Source: Camelus ferus (Eukaryota). From it: 64,000 nt of DNA. A program made the position numbers and the translations under genes. The DNA lies in NCBI RefSeq assembly GCF_009834535.1, contig NC_045696.1, positions 29,452,001 through 29,516,000 on the forward strand, read 5' to 3'. Position 1 is the first letter of the stretch. Every line of letters begins with the position of its first letter. This document shows, in pieces, positions 39,821 through 55,209 of the stretch. The notes below the pieces were generated by a model. It was not told where the DNA came from. It ran no database searches and saw nothing but the letters and a program-made list of their open reading frames with translations.

Positions 39821-42049
39821 CACTCACATATGCATCATTACCCCCAGTCATTCCTGAGGACTTGTAGACAAACAGCCCATAACTATGAAAACTTTACCTT
39901 GGTTGATGATTGTGAAGGAAAGGATTCAGTGAAAACATTTCTCTACAGGCATCAAAATCAAACAAAAGATGAATGAGAGCTTTAAACACACATACACATA
40001 TGATTGCTTATATATATAAAATATATATATATATATTTATATATATATAAAAACCCAGGGGTACAATAACTCTAATATAGTAGTTCACAATCATCTTTAG
40101 AACAATCATATTGGTTTAGTATTACTAGGTAGATGTGGAGAAGAATTACACAAGGAAAGAGTAAAGCTGCTAAGTTATTTCTGCAAAACACATTTTTGTA
40201 CAATTCAAAGCAAAACAACAAATGTTTTGGCCATGATAGTCAAACGTAAAGATGATTTATATAACTGAAATAAGCAAAAATCCTGGTAAGTTTTGAATCA
40301 AATTCTGTGTAGACTTATTTGTTTTCATAGTCATTTCACAAACACTAAGTTTTATTTATATACTATCCAAAAATTATTAAAATTCCAAAGTGAAGTGACC
40401 ATGATGAACATAAGAGAGTTAATTTAACACAGTAGGATGATTCTATATAACCCTGAGGTTAAGTCATCTGAAGCAGTCAACAAACAAAATTTCACCAGGA
40501 ATAAATTTCCTACCTCCAAAATTATTAAGGCAAGAACAGGAAATATATACAATTAAATGCTTCTAATATAAACTACTGGGAAGCTCAACTCCCTAAAACT
40601 TTTCCAAGCCTGTGCCTATTGTATGTGGCTAAAACAAACTGAAACTCCCATGCTGTAAACCAGTGCTGGTAACGTGGGACTAATGTGCATATTGTATCTT
40701 CTGCTGCTCAAGGAAGAACACAAACTTATCAAGAAAACTCATGACAGCAGATCTCTTCTTTTTCACCTCTTTGTGAAGTGTCCTTTCCTCTATTCTATGG
40801 GATTTTTAGTCTCCAAATTCTTCCATCTTCTAATATCATTCAGCACCTAGCATGACACTTTCCTGAATCTGGACTTGAAGCTGAAATATACTGAGATTTA
40901 TATCTGGGTTTAATAAAAAATTTGAGTAGTCATCTTTTTCCTTAAAAAATATTTTACTATTTTAAAGTGAGTATGCTTATTTTTAAAATATTCCAGTTAA
41001 CCTGATCTGTGCTTGTGAGTGTCAGAAACTAGACTACTATAACAGTGCATAAAATGACATTTAGTCAGAGGCACCATTAACTTTTACAAAGAGAAGCAGA
41101 GAAAACAAATAAAATTATAAGTAATTAGTGAGACACGCTTTATCTATTTTAATGGCATTTCTACAGGGGAACAGAAAGATGAATTATCTGGTGCCAAATA
41201 AAAAACGGTGCTAAACTTACAGGAATTTAAATCACATCTATTCACTTACTAAGAATACAATCTTGTGAAAGTTAAAAATCTTTCTGATGCTTAATTTAGT
41301 CTGAGGATAAGAATACTTGTCTGACCCCATCACTAAGATTATGTGAGGATAAGAGGAGTCAATATAAATAAAAGTATTCATACACCATCCATTGTTATGC
41401 AATTTAACTTTTGGCACACATTTGGAAACCATTTCAAAATATTATCTCCTCACCCAACCAATTCTATTTAATTTGAGTGGGGTGAACCAGGTCATGCCAG
41501 AGTTCTTCTACCTCTCAAAACTCTATGATTCCATGTGGCCCTGTACTTCTAACAGTCACTGAACATCACAACATCACAACATTGCACTGGGTAAACAGGC
41601 AAGATGGGAGGGTGATTAGGGGTCATCTTGACAGAGCTGACAGTTGAAGCTATGAGCTTGTGTGAGTTCTTCAAGGGAAGAGAGCAAGTAAAAAGGACAA
41701 ATGATTGGGTTTCAATGTGACAGAAACAGATAACACATGGAGTGGGTAGAGAGGAAAGGGAAATCAAGATAGTGGTGCAGCATATGGAGAGAGTGGATGT
41801 AAGGAAGAAAGGTGGGCCAGTGGTACCAGAATGAGGGAAGGATTTAGCAGCAGAAGACTTTTGATTCCAGTACTTCGGAAGGACAGAAGTCATTCTGCCA
41901 TGGTGAACCAGGAAACAGGAAATGAAAAGAGAAGTAGGACAAGAGAATGGAGGCAACAGAGAGGGTTAGTATCTACTCCTCTCGTCCTTTCTTTTCCTTC
42001 CTTTTATTATCAAATTTCTAGTGCATTTTTAGAATGATGATGATGACAG

Positions 42050-42270
42050 TAATTATACCACAGCTGCTAACACTACCTGAGCTTATATTTGTGCAGGACA
42101 CTGGTGCTAAGCCTTTCACATGCATTAACTCATTTAATTCTGACAATAATTCTACAAGGAGGTGTTTTAAAGACGAGAAAATTAAGAAACAAAGAGATTA
42201 CTTTCAAGGAGAGATGGAACTTGAACCCTCAGATGGTCTTATTACAAAGCCCATTCTCTTAACTATTATC
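42050..42270 (-). mobile_element. MIR SINE
   Basis: gctaacactacctgagcttat...caggacactggtgctaagcctttcacatgcattaactcatttaattct. Confidence 0.75.
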
Positions 42271-45200
42271 CCAGTGAAAAGAGTAAATGACTCCATGTTT
42301 ACAAATAGGAGACCAGAAATACTGACTACTACTGGTGGTCATACTAGTTACACGAGCCTTTGTGAAATAAAAATGTGAGGGTAAGAGAACAAACTGAAGA
42401 AAATAATGCTTCGGAATCAGAAAAGGAAGCTACCACCAGAGAAACTTGTTTTCCTTAGCTGGACAAAAAAGGAAGAGTGTTAGAAGGGAAGGTAGAAGAG
42501 TGAAAATTGACTATCTCCCTAAATAGTTAAGAGCTTAGGGTGAAATTACCATACTGCTTGTAATTTTACAAAGAAGGTAATTTCCTGTTTTAATTAATGT
42601 TCCTCTAATAAACATTTATTGTCTGCCAATAAAAGGCAGTATGACTGCACTTAAGTTATACATTAACTAATTTTACTTGATAACATCTGAAGAGTACTTC
42701 CCTTATTTAATAGTTGATTATCACATAATTACCAGAGAAGATTAATTTGTTTCACAGATAAATTTCACAAACAAAATAGGAATTAACTAGGCATTTTTTT
42801 TCACCATTAGGGTAAGAGATACCACATTAATAGAACTAGAGATGGTTCTTACACATGGTTATAACTGAAGCCATTATTTCCAAAAACACATTGTTCATGC
42901 TTCTACTTTTTCCACTTTTCTCTGGAGAAACACAACCTTCTTTTGGTTGTAGCATCCTAACATCCTTAAGAGCCCTTAAATAGTTATAGTGAACCTGTAA
43001 CTACATTATGGCTTAATTTTAAGAAATCTTCTGAAGTACTCAGGTACCATTTTCACATAAAAATGAAACTCTTGACTTGTTAGTTTGACCCTGTGAGGTT
43101 CTGAGTTAGAACAGCTTACAGAAAATAAAAATATCTCACTTTATAAAAGATCCAAACAGCTTTCTCATAGGCAGAGATATTCACTGGGAAAAAAAAAAAA
43201 AAAAAAAAAGGCTAATTTCTATGGAGATCCAGAAGGAAAAAGTAATTTAACATTCAATATTAGAAATTTGTTTTAGATACTGGATGCTCGATTAAAAAAA
43301 AAAAAAAACAAAACATTGGCACCAGATATAAAGGTGACAAATATAATTTATCTTAAAATAGAAGAGAACTATCTGCTCTGGGCTGATTAAATAAAAGTCT
43401 CTTTAAAAAGAAAGGTTAGATATGAAATCTTTCAGGCCAAGGATTTCCTTCTTCTATAGTTTGCAATGCTGTTCCCTAGGAAAGGAAGAAGTTTACCAAA
43501 TGGGATAGTGAGTATAAAGTGCTTGCAGCATGCAAAGCATACAATAAGTCTGCAATGGTAGTAGATCTTATTATCAAAATCTGTTCAGCAAGCATTCTGA
43601 CAGCATATTCTACAATTTTAAATTCTACAAAATAATGATGTGTGTTACTGATAACATTTTATCAGTGTTTCCTTTCTACCATTTAATTAAATATCTGCTC
43701 TAAGGGAAAAGCAACAGATTATAGAAATCTTTGTGTTTTAATTACTCAATTTCAAACACCTTCAGGGGCTCTTTTACCATTAAGTAGCTGTATCCTCCGT
43801 CTATCCATCCATCTGTCCGTCCATCCAAATATCCATTATCATCCATCCATCAATCAATAATTTAGCTTTATGTTAAAAGTAACTAATACATTCTAAGTAA
43901 AGATATAATTGTTAATATACAGGTAAGAATGATTCTCAGTCTTACAATGTAACTTGGAATCAATTTCCACATAATAGTACTTCTTTTCACAAACTGGTAA
44001 AAATAATTATATTAGGCATGGATGTCCCCCGCCCCCTCACTAGTGATACAACTAGTAGGTGAGAATGTACTGTTTTTATAGGATACAACAGTACTTCTGA
44101 TTTCTTTCCCCACCAAAAATGTAAGAAATAGAGGATAGAAATCTTGACTGAGCTACTGTTAGGTGATTTTCTGGAACCAGAAGAGACCATCACTGAGCAA
44201 CTGAACTATGAACCAAAAACAGAAGTGCTGGTTAATGTCTCAGGGCACTGTGACACTGAATAGCACTCAAGCTATTAAAAAAAAGAAATCTAAAAACATA
44301 TGTGTGTAGTAAGGACTCACTCATTATTCATTATTGCCTATAGTCTTATGAATATATATTAAGCCAATCTAAAAGTGTTACAGCAGTTGCAATATTTTAA
44401 TCATGCAAAATATTTTTCTTACTTTGATATTCATCTCAAATTCCTGAGTAGAAAAATGATGCTAAATCATAGGCTCTTTTTGGCTAGTGGAGGTGGGGGT
44501 ACATGTTTGTCATTATCATTAAATCACAAAGCTTTTGGGACAGTGTTTAACAATGAAAAATTACCAAAAGTACCATGAAGTAACATTTAAAAGCATGATT
44601 TTCATCTTGAAACTAAAGAAGACTAACCAAAGCCATGAATATACATCCATTTTCAAGCTCTACAAACAAAAGGAGGATTTATATTAAATATAACATGAGT
44701 AGGATTATCTGTCTCTGTTCATATAAAGAGCTTCATATTAAATGACTGCACAGAATAAAAGCACCTGCATGCAAACACACACACACTCACGTGTATGCAC
44801 ACAAGGAAAAGAAACATGCTTGCATCAGTTCAAAGTCACTGTGTAGATCTTTTATAAGAATCCCTTGTATTTGTTTTTGTTTTCTTAAATTCTGTACCAA
44901 AACATCTAAGCCTGGAAAACTAGATAGTTAAGCTCTACTTATTTTAGTCCAGAAATTAACCTTTACAATAAAAATCTTGATAGAATGTGGTATTTAGCCA
45001 ATCCTAAATTAAGCCCTTTGTTTTTATTTGCTGCAGAAAGCATAGATTCCAATAAGCACAGAATGTTACATAACCACGCTTCAAAGGCTTCTGTAAACTA
45101 AACAACTCACAGCAACATCTCTGCCTTCAGCAATCACACTTCAGTGAATCATCCAAGTGACCTTATTTGCTCATAAGAAACTGTGTACAGGTTGCAAATG

Positions 45201-47699
45201 TCAGAGTCTGAATTTACATTTTAAAAAGTACATCTTGCAGCAGTTTAATGAAAATATTGCAAAGATCTCGGGTCCGATCCAACTATTTACTCATCTGTTC
45301 CCTTAGCTTTAAATATTTTTGGCCTGGCTTCACATATTCTTCACAAGCCATACTTTATGATTACTCCTCTTAACACTTCAATATTGTAACAGTTTGAAAC
45401 GCCATTTGGAAAGGGGGCTGCTATTACACTATTACTCCCACCCCCATCTCAAAGCATGCTGCCAAGTAATTTGAAAACACTTGATACTAGTGTTGTTTAT
45501 GTTCTCGGAATGATTTGAATCTGTATAGACGAAGACACGCACCTTATAAATGAGCTGTGAGGGCTTACCACTCAATGTGATTATTTTACAGTACACCTAA
45601 CTGGATGCGCTGCATCACAAGAGTTTCATTCTCAACACAGAATTGTGGCACATTTATATTCTACTCCAAAATAAAGAAATCCCAATAATTGACCTGAGTC
45701 AATGATTTCATGTTGTGCTTTTTTTAAAAAAAAAAATATATATTTTTTTATTTATTGTGGAGGATGGCGACAGGGATGGAGCATGGGGAAAAATTTGTGG
45801 GGAAAAAGTGGTAGAGGGTGATGGTGAGGTACTGAGGGAAACTGATGAGGGAGAAGTTTGCCTGTGCCATGAATGGGTGTATAATTTTCTCATGCTACCC
45901 ATTTTCCCAGAATGATATCAAAATCATCTTGAACATCACAGAACTGTTCATCATTGCTCATGTCACTACTGCTTCCACCACCAATGACACACAGTCATGA
46001 ACAGACAGGAAGAGGCACCATGGTCTGAGAGAAAGAACATGGCTTTGTAACCCACTGCTCGACCTTTACAACCCTGTGCTGGAGGGAGGCTGGATAGTTA
46101 CTTAAAGTTTCCTGGTCTGTCACACAAAGCTAACACACCCTACATTACAGGGCACCCAAAAATATTAACTAGATACTTGATAAAAATGGCTAGCAAACAG
46201 AAGGCCCTTGAAAGAGGTCCCCTAACCCCCATGCTCTCCCCTACATCACTCAAAATGAGGCATCATTATTTGCGTTATTGAGAAGGGATGAGAGCGAGCA
46301 GTTTGCCTTAGGGGCTTATTAGACTGTTTTCCTTGTGATTCAAGGCTGATTTGATAATGGGTCTAAGTGAGGAACGTGACTACAGAAATACAATAATTAT
46401 TCTGATACTATAGATGGCATTATGTTTCTTTCTTTCGCTACAGCTAAACAATGTGAAATCATAAGCAAATATACCACATCAGGAAAACGCATCTTATCCT
46501 CCTGAGCGTGTAACTTGCCTACTTAGCCAGTACACTTGGGTCTCAGCTCTGCATCACCCGCATTGCTATCTCTTGTATGAAAGAATGCTGGTGATTATTA
46601 CGCCGAAGACGAGCAGCGGAAAAGACAAATGGGAGACGGTGCACAGGCAAAGGGTTTTGTTGTTACTGTTTTTTTTTTCCCCTTAGAATATAGCTGCAGT
46701 TTCCTTTTGCAGAAATGATACTGTGTCCTTTAGCAGTCACCAGGAAGACCGAGTTCAAAACCTCAGTGATACAAAGCAGACTCCCCTCCCAGCTTCCCAA
46801 ATGAATCATCTTATTTTTGAAGTGACAGCTAAAAAGCCTCCTTAAAGGGTGTCTTCTATCTTGCCTGGCATTGCCCCCAAAATAGCTCCCCTTATAACAG
46901 TTTCTTGGGAAGACAGTCACCACATATTCCACACAGATCTGAGTGAAAGTTGATGTCTTGCAATTTGATATACAGGATATACAGGTTCAAAAAATGGAAC
47001 TGCTCAGGAATTCAGACACGCTACCTATTGCGGGTTTATATTTCATAGTGACAGAAGAAGTTCAAATGACTTCTTTAGAAACTTTAAATTTGTTCTGGTA
47101 CCAAATCCTGCTTTCCAGGGAATTAAAAATTTGATGAATTTCTTGACTTGATTAATACATCCAATCTTGCCACTGTGGCTCCTTCACAGAGAAAAATCTG
47201 TATTCAATTCACCGGCTCAGTAGTTGGAAATATCAGTGGCATAGAACACTTTGGTAAAGTTAGAAAATATAGCGTAGAAATCCTAACAGTTTTACACTTT
47301 CTATACCTGAAATGATTCTCTAATGCTGAACTGCAATGTTGCTTAAAGATGTAAGAAGAAAGTCATAAAGAGGAAAGACCAAAAAGAAATGAGACTTGTA
47401 AAATGCTAAGGATAATAAAAAGGACTGTTAAAGCTAAGCTGGGAACAACAAGACGCTGGAAGATCAGCTCTATCCACTGCTTAGGGAAGATGGTGCATTC
47501 ATACTCCAGCATTCTTCTATCTTCTCTATTAACGGGTTAGAGACCAGAAATAGTGTTTTTTAATGCTCAATGTTAACTTTGGGATTTTACTTAAAATTAG
47601 TAATTGAATAAATAAAGATAAAGAAGATATAACATAACACTAGCAGACATAAAGAAAAAGTAAAGACTTATTTGAATGAAAATACAATAGGAGTGAAAA

Positions 47700-48030
47700 A
47701 TAGGATGGCTGCCAGAAAAGCTAATGTGACTTAAACTACATTAATGAACAAGCCATCTCTAGAAAAGGGGAAGGAATGGGGCTCTCTCTATGTCACATGG
47801 GCCAGACTGTTTCTAGAATGTTCTGCTGTTGGTTCTGGAGACATAATAAAGAGGAGTGTGAACAATGCTGGGTGTACTCTGATAAGGGAAACATGATGGT
47901 AACAGTTTCTGGAAAGCATCACAAGAATCTATTAAAGAAACCAGAGGTACATTTGGTCTGGAATAAGGAAGACGAAGGAGAGGTGGCACTGGGAGGAACA
48001 GGTTAAGGGCCTTTCTGATTTGAACAGCTG
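47700..48030 (+). mobile_element. L3/CR1 remnant
   Basis: aaagctaatgtgacttaaactacattaat...ggccagactgtttctagaatgttctg...gttctggagac...taaagagga resembles the L3 RT-end consensus. Confidence 0.55.
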
Positions 48031-48759
48031 GCACATAGAGCGGGCAATTAGCCCTAGAGTACAGAACTAATACATTTACATTTAAGGCAATGTTTTCAAA
48101 AATTAAAAAAAAAAAACTTTTATTGTTTACCTTGTGAAATAGATTCCTAGGACTGGAAAGTATTCTAATGACAGCTGTGGTTTGTGAAGGAATATATAGA
48201 TGGCATTTCTGCACTGAACTGGGTCACTAAAGTATATACAACACTGCAAAATCCAGATGATTTTGTACTTTCAAGCTGGGAGTTAGGTCTGGCAGTATTA
48301 ATACAGCTAATTAGAAAGTATGATTTAAGGTATGGTGCAAATGCTCTCCTGTTCTCCTTTCCTCAAAAAAAAAAAAATGCCCTCCATATAAAACAAATTA
48401 TTCTACATTGTAAACTGACTATACTGCGATTAAAAAACAGAAATTATTCTATTAGATAGCTAGTCCATTAGGTCTTGCATACTTTTAACTATTCAAAGAG
48501 ATCTTTATTAAAATGCAAATGTCCTTAGAGGAAGCAATAACATATGGGAATTAGTTACAGCTTGTTGACAGAAAGACAGGAATGAGACAGGCAGCAAGTG
48601 GAAGAAAGGTCCTAGAGGGCACACATCTGTAGAAGACAAAATCCTGGCAGTGAAAGAACCAACAACGTTTCTTCAAGGCTCTCCTGGAGCTCTAACAGAC
48701 GCCTGAGGCCGCAATGGCTCAGACACTTCCACAAAGATATGGCCCAATTTTCCAATTTG

Positions 48760-49400
48760 TCAATGATCCTAAATTAAACTCATATTTTCTATTCCCCAAG
48801 CTGGCTACACCTCCTCGCTCTGCTATCCTTAGTAATAATATCACTTCCATCCTTATTGTTCAAAGTGAAACCTTCTATTTTCTTTCCTATACCCCATGTC
48901 CTAACGGTTGCTGAGTTCTCTCACTACAAGAAAGGGCTTCATATACCTGTCTATCCTATTGACATGACTTTAGTTCATGCCCTAATCTTCTTCTACATGT
49001 ACTGAAATTTCTCATAATTAATATCTGTATCTCCAATCTCTCTTCTCATGAAAGCTCTCCTACACACTGGGTACATGAGAACCTTTCCTAATGCACATGT
49101 TCTTATCAAGTAGCTCCCCAGCACAAAAACCTTCCGTGACTCACCATGAAACTACAGAAAAGAGCCTAAAGTAATTAATATGACATTAAAATCTTCTATT
49201 ATGTGATCTCAATCTATCTTTTCAGCTTTATCTCTGAGTACTTCTTTTTATGGTCATCATTCTCCAATTAATCCACTGTACTGTCCATTATCTAAGGATA
49301 TTCTATGATTTCCAACAGCTGGAATGGCCTTCCTTAATTTCTTCTACTACAATTTTATACATTTCTCAAGGCCCAGGCTTAAAAGTCTTTTCTTAATCAA
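48760..49400 (+). mobile_element. L2 remnant
   Basis: ttagttcatgccctaatc...aaaaccttccgtgactcacca...ctggaatggccttcctt...tctcaaggcccaggcttaaa. Confidence 0.55.
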
Positions 49401-51495
49401 TCAATTGATCCACAAATCCATCTCTCTCTCTCATCCAGGCTTTAAGGTCTTTTCCTTAGTCAATCAATCAATCTCTCTCTTGCATTTATTTACTTACTTT
49501 TACATAACCCCTGTTGCCCTGTGGAACCTTCCTGCCCCATCCCATTCACTGCTTCATGCGTCACGTCCTACTTTGGTTTTACACACCTCTTCTCCCCCAC
49601 TTAGGGTCAAGGGAAGTGCTTAACAAACACTGCAGTAGATCCCAAGTGCTCTGTAAATGCATCTTGGTTTGATAATAATCAAAATGATATTCTGATTATA
49701 TGACATTACCAGGTATGGAAGGATTTAGTCTAGGGGCATTACTTCAGCGGTCTAGAGCTGAGAAGGGTTTTGTGCGAGTGGCTACCTGTCTAGTACGTGC
49801 CTGGATTTCTTCATGGAGATGGTGAGGACATTTGCTTCCTGAACAATTCAGCTCTTCTGTAGTTCAGGTAACCCCATTACACTGACTCCCATGATTTGAG
49901 CATTCTCTGTGTTAACTGGGGCATGTTTGAGCTATTACTCACAGCTAAGACCTTCCCTCCTAAATGCTCTGATGTCCTGTGGGATGGCGATCTGGGAAGG
50001 TGGGGGAGAAGATGGAGAACCACCCCTCACCACCCTCAACGTCACCGAGCAGCACAGGGTGGTGGTAGATGCCACAGGCTACTTACCAGACAGCATGGCC
50101 CTTTCCTCCTTTATTGTCAGAGAATCGTTCTGTCATGGCTAACCATTTCATGAAGGGGCCACTTCCTGGAGACTTGGGGGTAATTTCTGATTAAGCTACT
50201 CATAATGATAGCATTCTCCTCCTGAGAAATTTCTCTGGGGAGGTATGACTGAATTCTGCTCCATGGAATACAAAAGGAAACTTGCCAAAGTGACTTCATT
50301 CGTGAAAAGAGACACAAATAGATTTGCCTTTTGTGACGTCTGCGGGTGACATTTGGAACCCTGGCTGTCTCGCGACCATCACAGGTGCCAGCCTTTGGAC
50401 ACTGCTGGCACCCTGAGAGTTGAAAGCAGAAAGGCAGAACGGACCAGGGAACTTGATGATATTGTCACAGTGCTGGGGTCACCCTACCTAAGGGCTTTCA
50501 CTGTTGTGCAAAATGCATTTTCTTTATTACATGAGCCAGTGGAATAGGTGGATTGTAGCTGGAGACACCCCGACACGGAGGACTTCACGTTGGCATCAGA
50601 CATCTTGCGCAGGTGGGAGACATTAATCACTGTGATGCCTTCTGGGGAAGAACACGTTATTTCTACTGCCTGCATAACAATCTGTGCTGGTTTGTTGCTA
50701 GGTCCTGAATCTTCTTCTGCTTTATCTATGGACTGGATAAGTCAGAATCTCTTTAAAATACATAGCACGTTTCATTTTGTAATAATTATCACACATACAA
50801 TGATTAATGTTTGTCTTCTCCAGTAGTTTAAAAGCTCAATGAGGGCAGGGACTATCTGCCAGGAAAACTGCTATGTTTCCAGCACCTAGCACAGGGCTGG
50901 CTGTGTAGGTGCTCAATAAAAGGATGCTTAGTAAACATCTGTGAAAGGAATGAATGGATGATTAAATGAACATATAGAGAGTATCAAAACATTCTCCCTG
51001 TTATTTCCTTTGCTTATGCCTCCCATGCCCTGATTCCTTACCCATTCACGCCTACAAAAGTAAGCTACAGCCTTTATTTTAGGAGACAGGAAACAGAAAA
51101 GGGAAGGGAGCAATCTTTACAGCTACGGTCTGCTAGCTCACTCAGTGGAGAGGGGAACGGAGACAATTCTCAGAGGCAACTTATGAAATATTTTCATAGA
51201 GAAACTACAGTCATCTCCCGTACTACGTACTGGATCAAGATATTATTTAAGAAAACGTTTAAAATCATCCTCTTTAGAGCCAGAATGGAGACTAGGATTA
51301 ATCTGGCATAACTGAACTGAGATTTATCTAAATTTAACTAAAGATTAATCAATCAACTACTTCAAGTCCCTCATTTTTCAGATGGAGAAACTGAGAGCTA
51401 CTGTCCCCAAGATCAGCGTTACTCTTTCTCATGCTCTATGATGTAATGAAACACTGAATGCAGACAGTCATACTCATTGGCAGCAAAAAGGATAT

Positions 51496-51626
51496 TTTCC
51501 TAGCAATGCCGTTCCGACTCGGTAATCAGTATAGCTCTTGCTTGGATGAAAGTTGAAAACAAAAAGAAGACCTGCTCTCTCAAAAACAATGATCTTATTG
51601 GTTTCATGCTTTTCACTCACATGAGC
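51496..51626 (-). CDS. GBE1: GBE1 coding exon (exon 14 equivalent), 131 bp, ends at a U12 donor
   Basis: cttacag|GCT CAT GTG AGT GAA AAG...GCA TTG CTA GGA AA|atatcctttt. Translation: [43 protein letters not shown](K). In frame with the previous exon (phase 0). Confidence 0.97.
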
Positions 51627-53443
<1,817 letters not shown>

Positions 53444-54404
53444 TCACCTGGTATAGTATTAAGGTAACTTATTAAGGTAACTCAGTTAATTGTATATTTT
53501 AAAGTTCTTGAAATTAGCTTACATTATAATTTACTATAGATGTGTCCTGTAAATGCCGTACAACCCTGGTTCAGAAGCAGCATAGTCTAGCATGCAGCAT
53601 CCCAGGGCCCCGTTTTAGCCTGGCCACCTGCTCCTTGTTCCACATCTCATCTTCCTCATGCACAAACTGAGGACAGTAGCTCTGTCATAGTTATTGCAGC
53701 CCTAAAATAACCTCTGAAATCTGAGTAATTTTAGAAATCTTTATTTCCATAATCTCTGAAATCTGCACAATGCTTTACAGTTTCCAAAGGTTTTGCATGT
53801 ACGTTATTTTTTGATCCACAAAGGAACTCTCTATTATATCCATTTCACAGAAGAAAAATCCAAAACTCTGGGTAGTCAAGAAATTTGCCCAACCTCACAC
53901 AGGTAATAAGTAAGAAAGCCACCATTAAAATTTAGTCCTTCTGATTAAAATTCAAAGTTCTTTCTGCCTCATCACATGAGGCAAGTACGCTTTAAACTTC
54001 AGTGTGTCTGGGAGTGTGCATACTTGTGTGTGTGTGTGTGTGTGTGTGCGCGTGTACAGATGGGACACTTGGTTGGTAACTTATTGAAATATCATTTCTC
54101 ATTATAATGATGAGAACCAGAAACCCAATCTACTTTAAAAATGATAATAACACATAGGTAGTACCTATTACCCATTCTGAAAATAAAATGTAGATATTAG
54201 TTGTTTGCTAGATTGGCTCCCATTGTCTTCCCCAAGTTAGACTTCTACTTAATGGCTTCTTTTTTCCCCCTAAGATTAAACACTACATTCTAAAATTTAT
54301 GTACATTTACCACTTTAATGCTACACTTTTCTAAGCCACAAGTTTCTCCTTTGAGTTAGAAAGTACATAGCCAATATGAGTGTGTCCTACTTTAAAGGAA
54401 CTAG

Positions 54405-55047
54405 TTGCTAGGTGAAATAAGTCAGAAAAAGACAAATACCATACAACCCACTTATGTGTGGAATCTAAAGAATAATGATAATTAAAAAAAACAACCAACC
54501 AACTAATGAAAACCCAAGCTCATGGATACAGAGAAGAGATTGGTGGTTGCCTGAGGTAGGGGTGGGGGTGGGGGGAAATGGGTGAAGGGGGTCAAAAGAT
54601 ACAAATTTCCAGTTATAAAGTAAATAAGTAATGGAAATATAATGTATAACACAGTGACTATAGTTAATGATACTTTATTGTATATTTGAAGGTAGCCAGG
54701 AGAGAGGATCTTGAAAGTTCTCATCACAAGAAAAAAACATTTTTGTATGACTGAAAAATTGTACTGTACACCAGAAGTTGACTCAACATTGTAAACTGAC
54801 TATAACTCAATAAAAAAAAGGAGTAGTCTAGGATTTCCAACTTTAAGAAAAAGGATAATAAAAGTTAAAGAAAGCCAAAAAAAAAAAAAAAAAACCAACC
54901 AAGAAAAAACATTTTTGTAACTATGTATGGATGTGAAATGGAGTTATTGTGATGATTATTTTGCAGTCTATACAGATATTGAATCATTGTGTTAAGCATC
55001 TTAAATTAATATCATGTTATGTCAATCATACTTCAATTAAAAAAGGC
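54405..55047 (+). mobile_element. Older LINE-1 3' end (L1MA-like), interrupted by a younger L1 fragment
   Basis: gctaggtgaaataagtcagaaaaagacaaatacc...gagattggtggttgcc...atacaaatttccagttataaag...gttctcatcacaagaaaaa | insert | ...attattttgcagtctatacagatattgaatcatt...cttcaattaaaaaa. Confidence 0.88.
54748..54900 (+). mobile_element. Young, very short L1 3' end with 3'-transduced sequence and a second poly(A)
   Basis: L1 tail tgactga...ctgtacaccagaagttgactcaacattgtaaactgactataactcAATAAAaaaaa, then 57 nt of non-L1 sequence with AATAAA, then A18. TSD aagaaaaaa(a)catttttgta at 54728-54747 and 54901-54919. Confidence 0.8.
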
Positions 55048-55062
55048 AAAAAAGAAGCTCAT

Positions 55063-55209
55063 GGGGGAGGGTATAGCTCAAGTGGTAGAGCACATGCTTA
55101 GTATGCACAAGGTCCTGGGTTCAATTCCCAGTACATCCTCTAAAAATAAATAAACCTAATTACCCCCCCCCAAAAGATAATTAAGCAACACAATAATAAA
55201 TAAAATATT
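55063..55209 (+). mobile_element. tRNA-derived SINE (camelid-type), full length
   Basis: GGGGGAGGGTATAGCTCAAGTGGTAGAGCACATGCTTAGTATGCACAAGGTCCTGGGTTCAATTCCCAGTAC... with a perfect 15-bp TSD aaaaaagaagctcat (55048-55062 and 55210-55224). Confidence 0.93.

Noticed and set aside
39898..39942. 45-nt frame-preserving cassette-like segment with U2 sites (tag|...AAG|gtaaag) inside the U12 intron
   Set aside because: U2 sites cannot normally pair with the flanking U12 sites, and such pseudo-exons are common by chance. It would need junction reads or conservation to be credible.
55063..55135. tRNA-like sequence (also 19160-19223)
   Set aside because: An A-rich tail (both copies) and a clear 15-bp TSD (55063 copy) indicate tRNA-derived SINEs, not tRNA genes.
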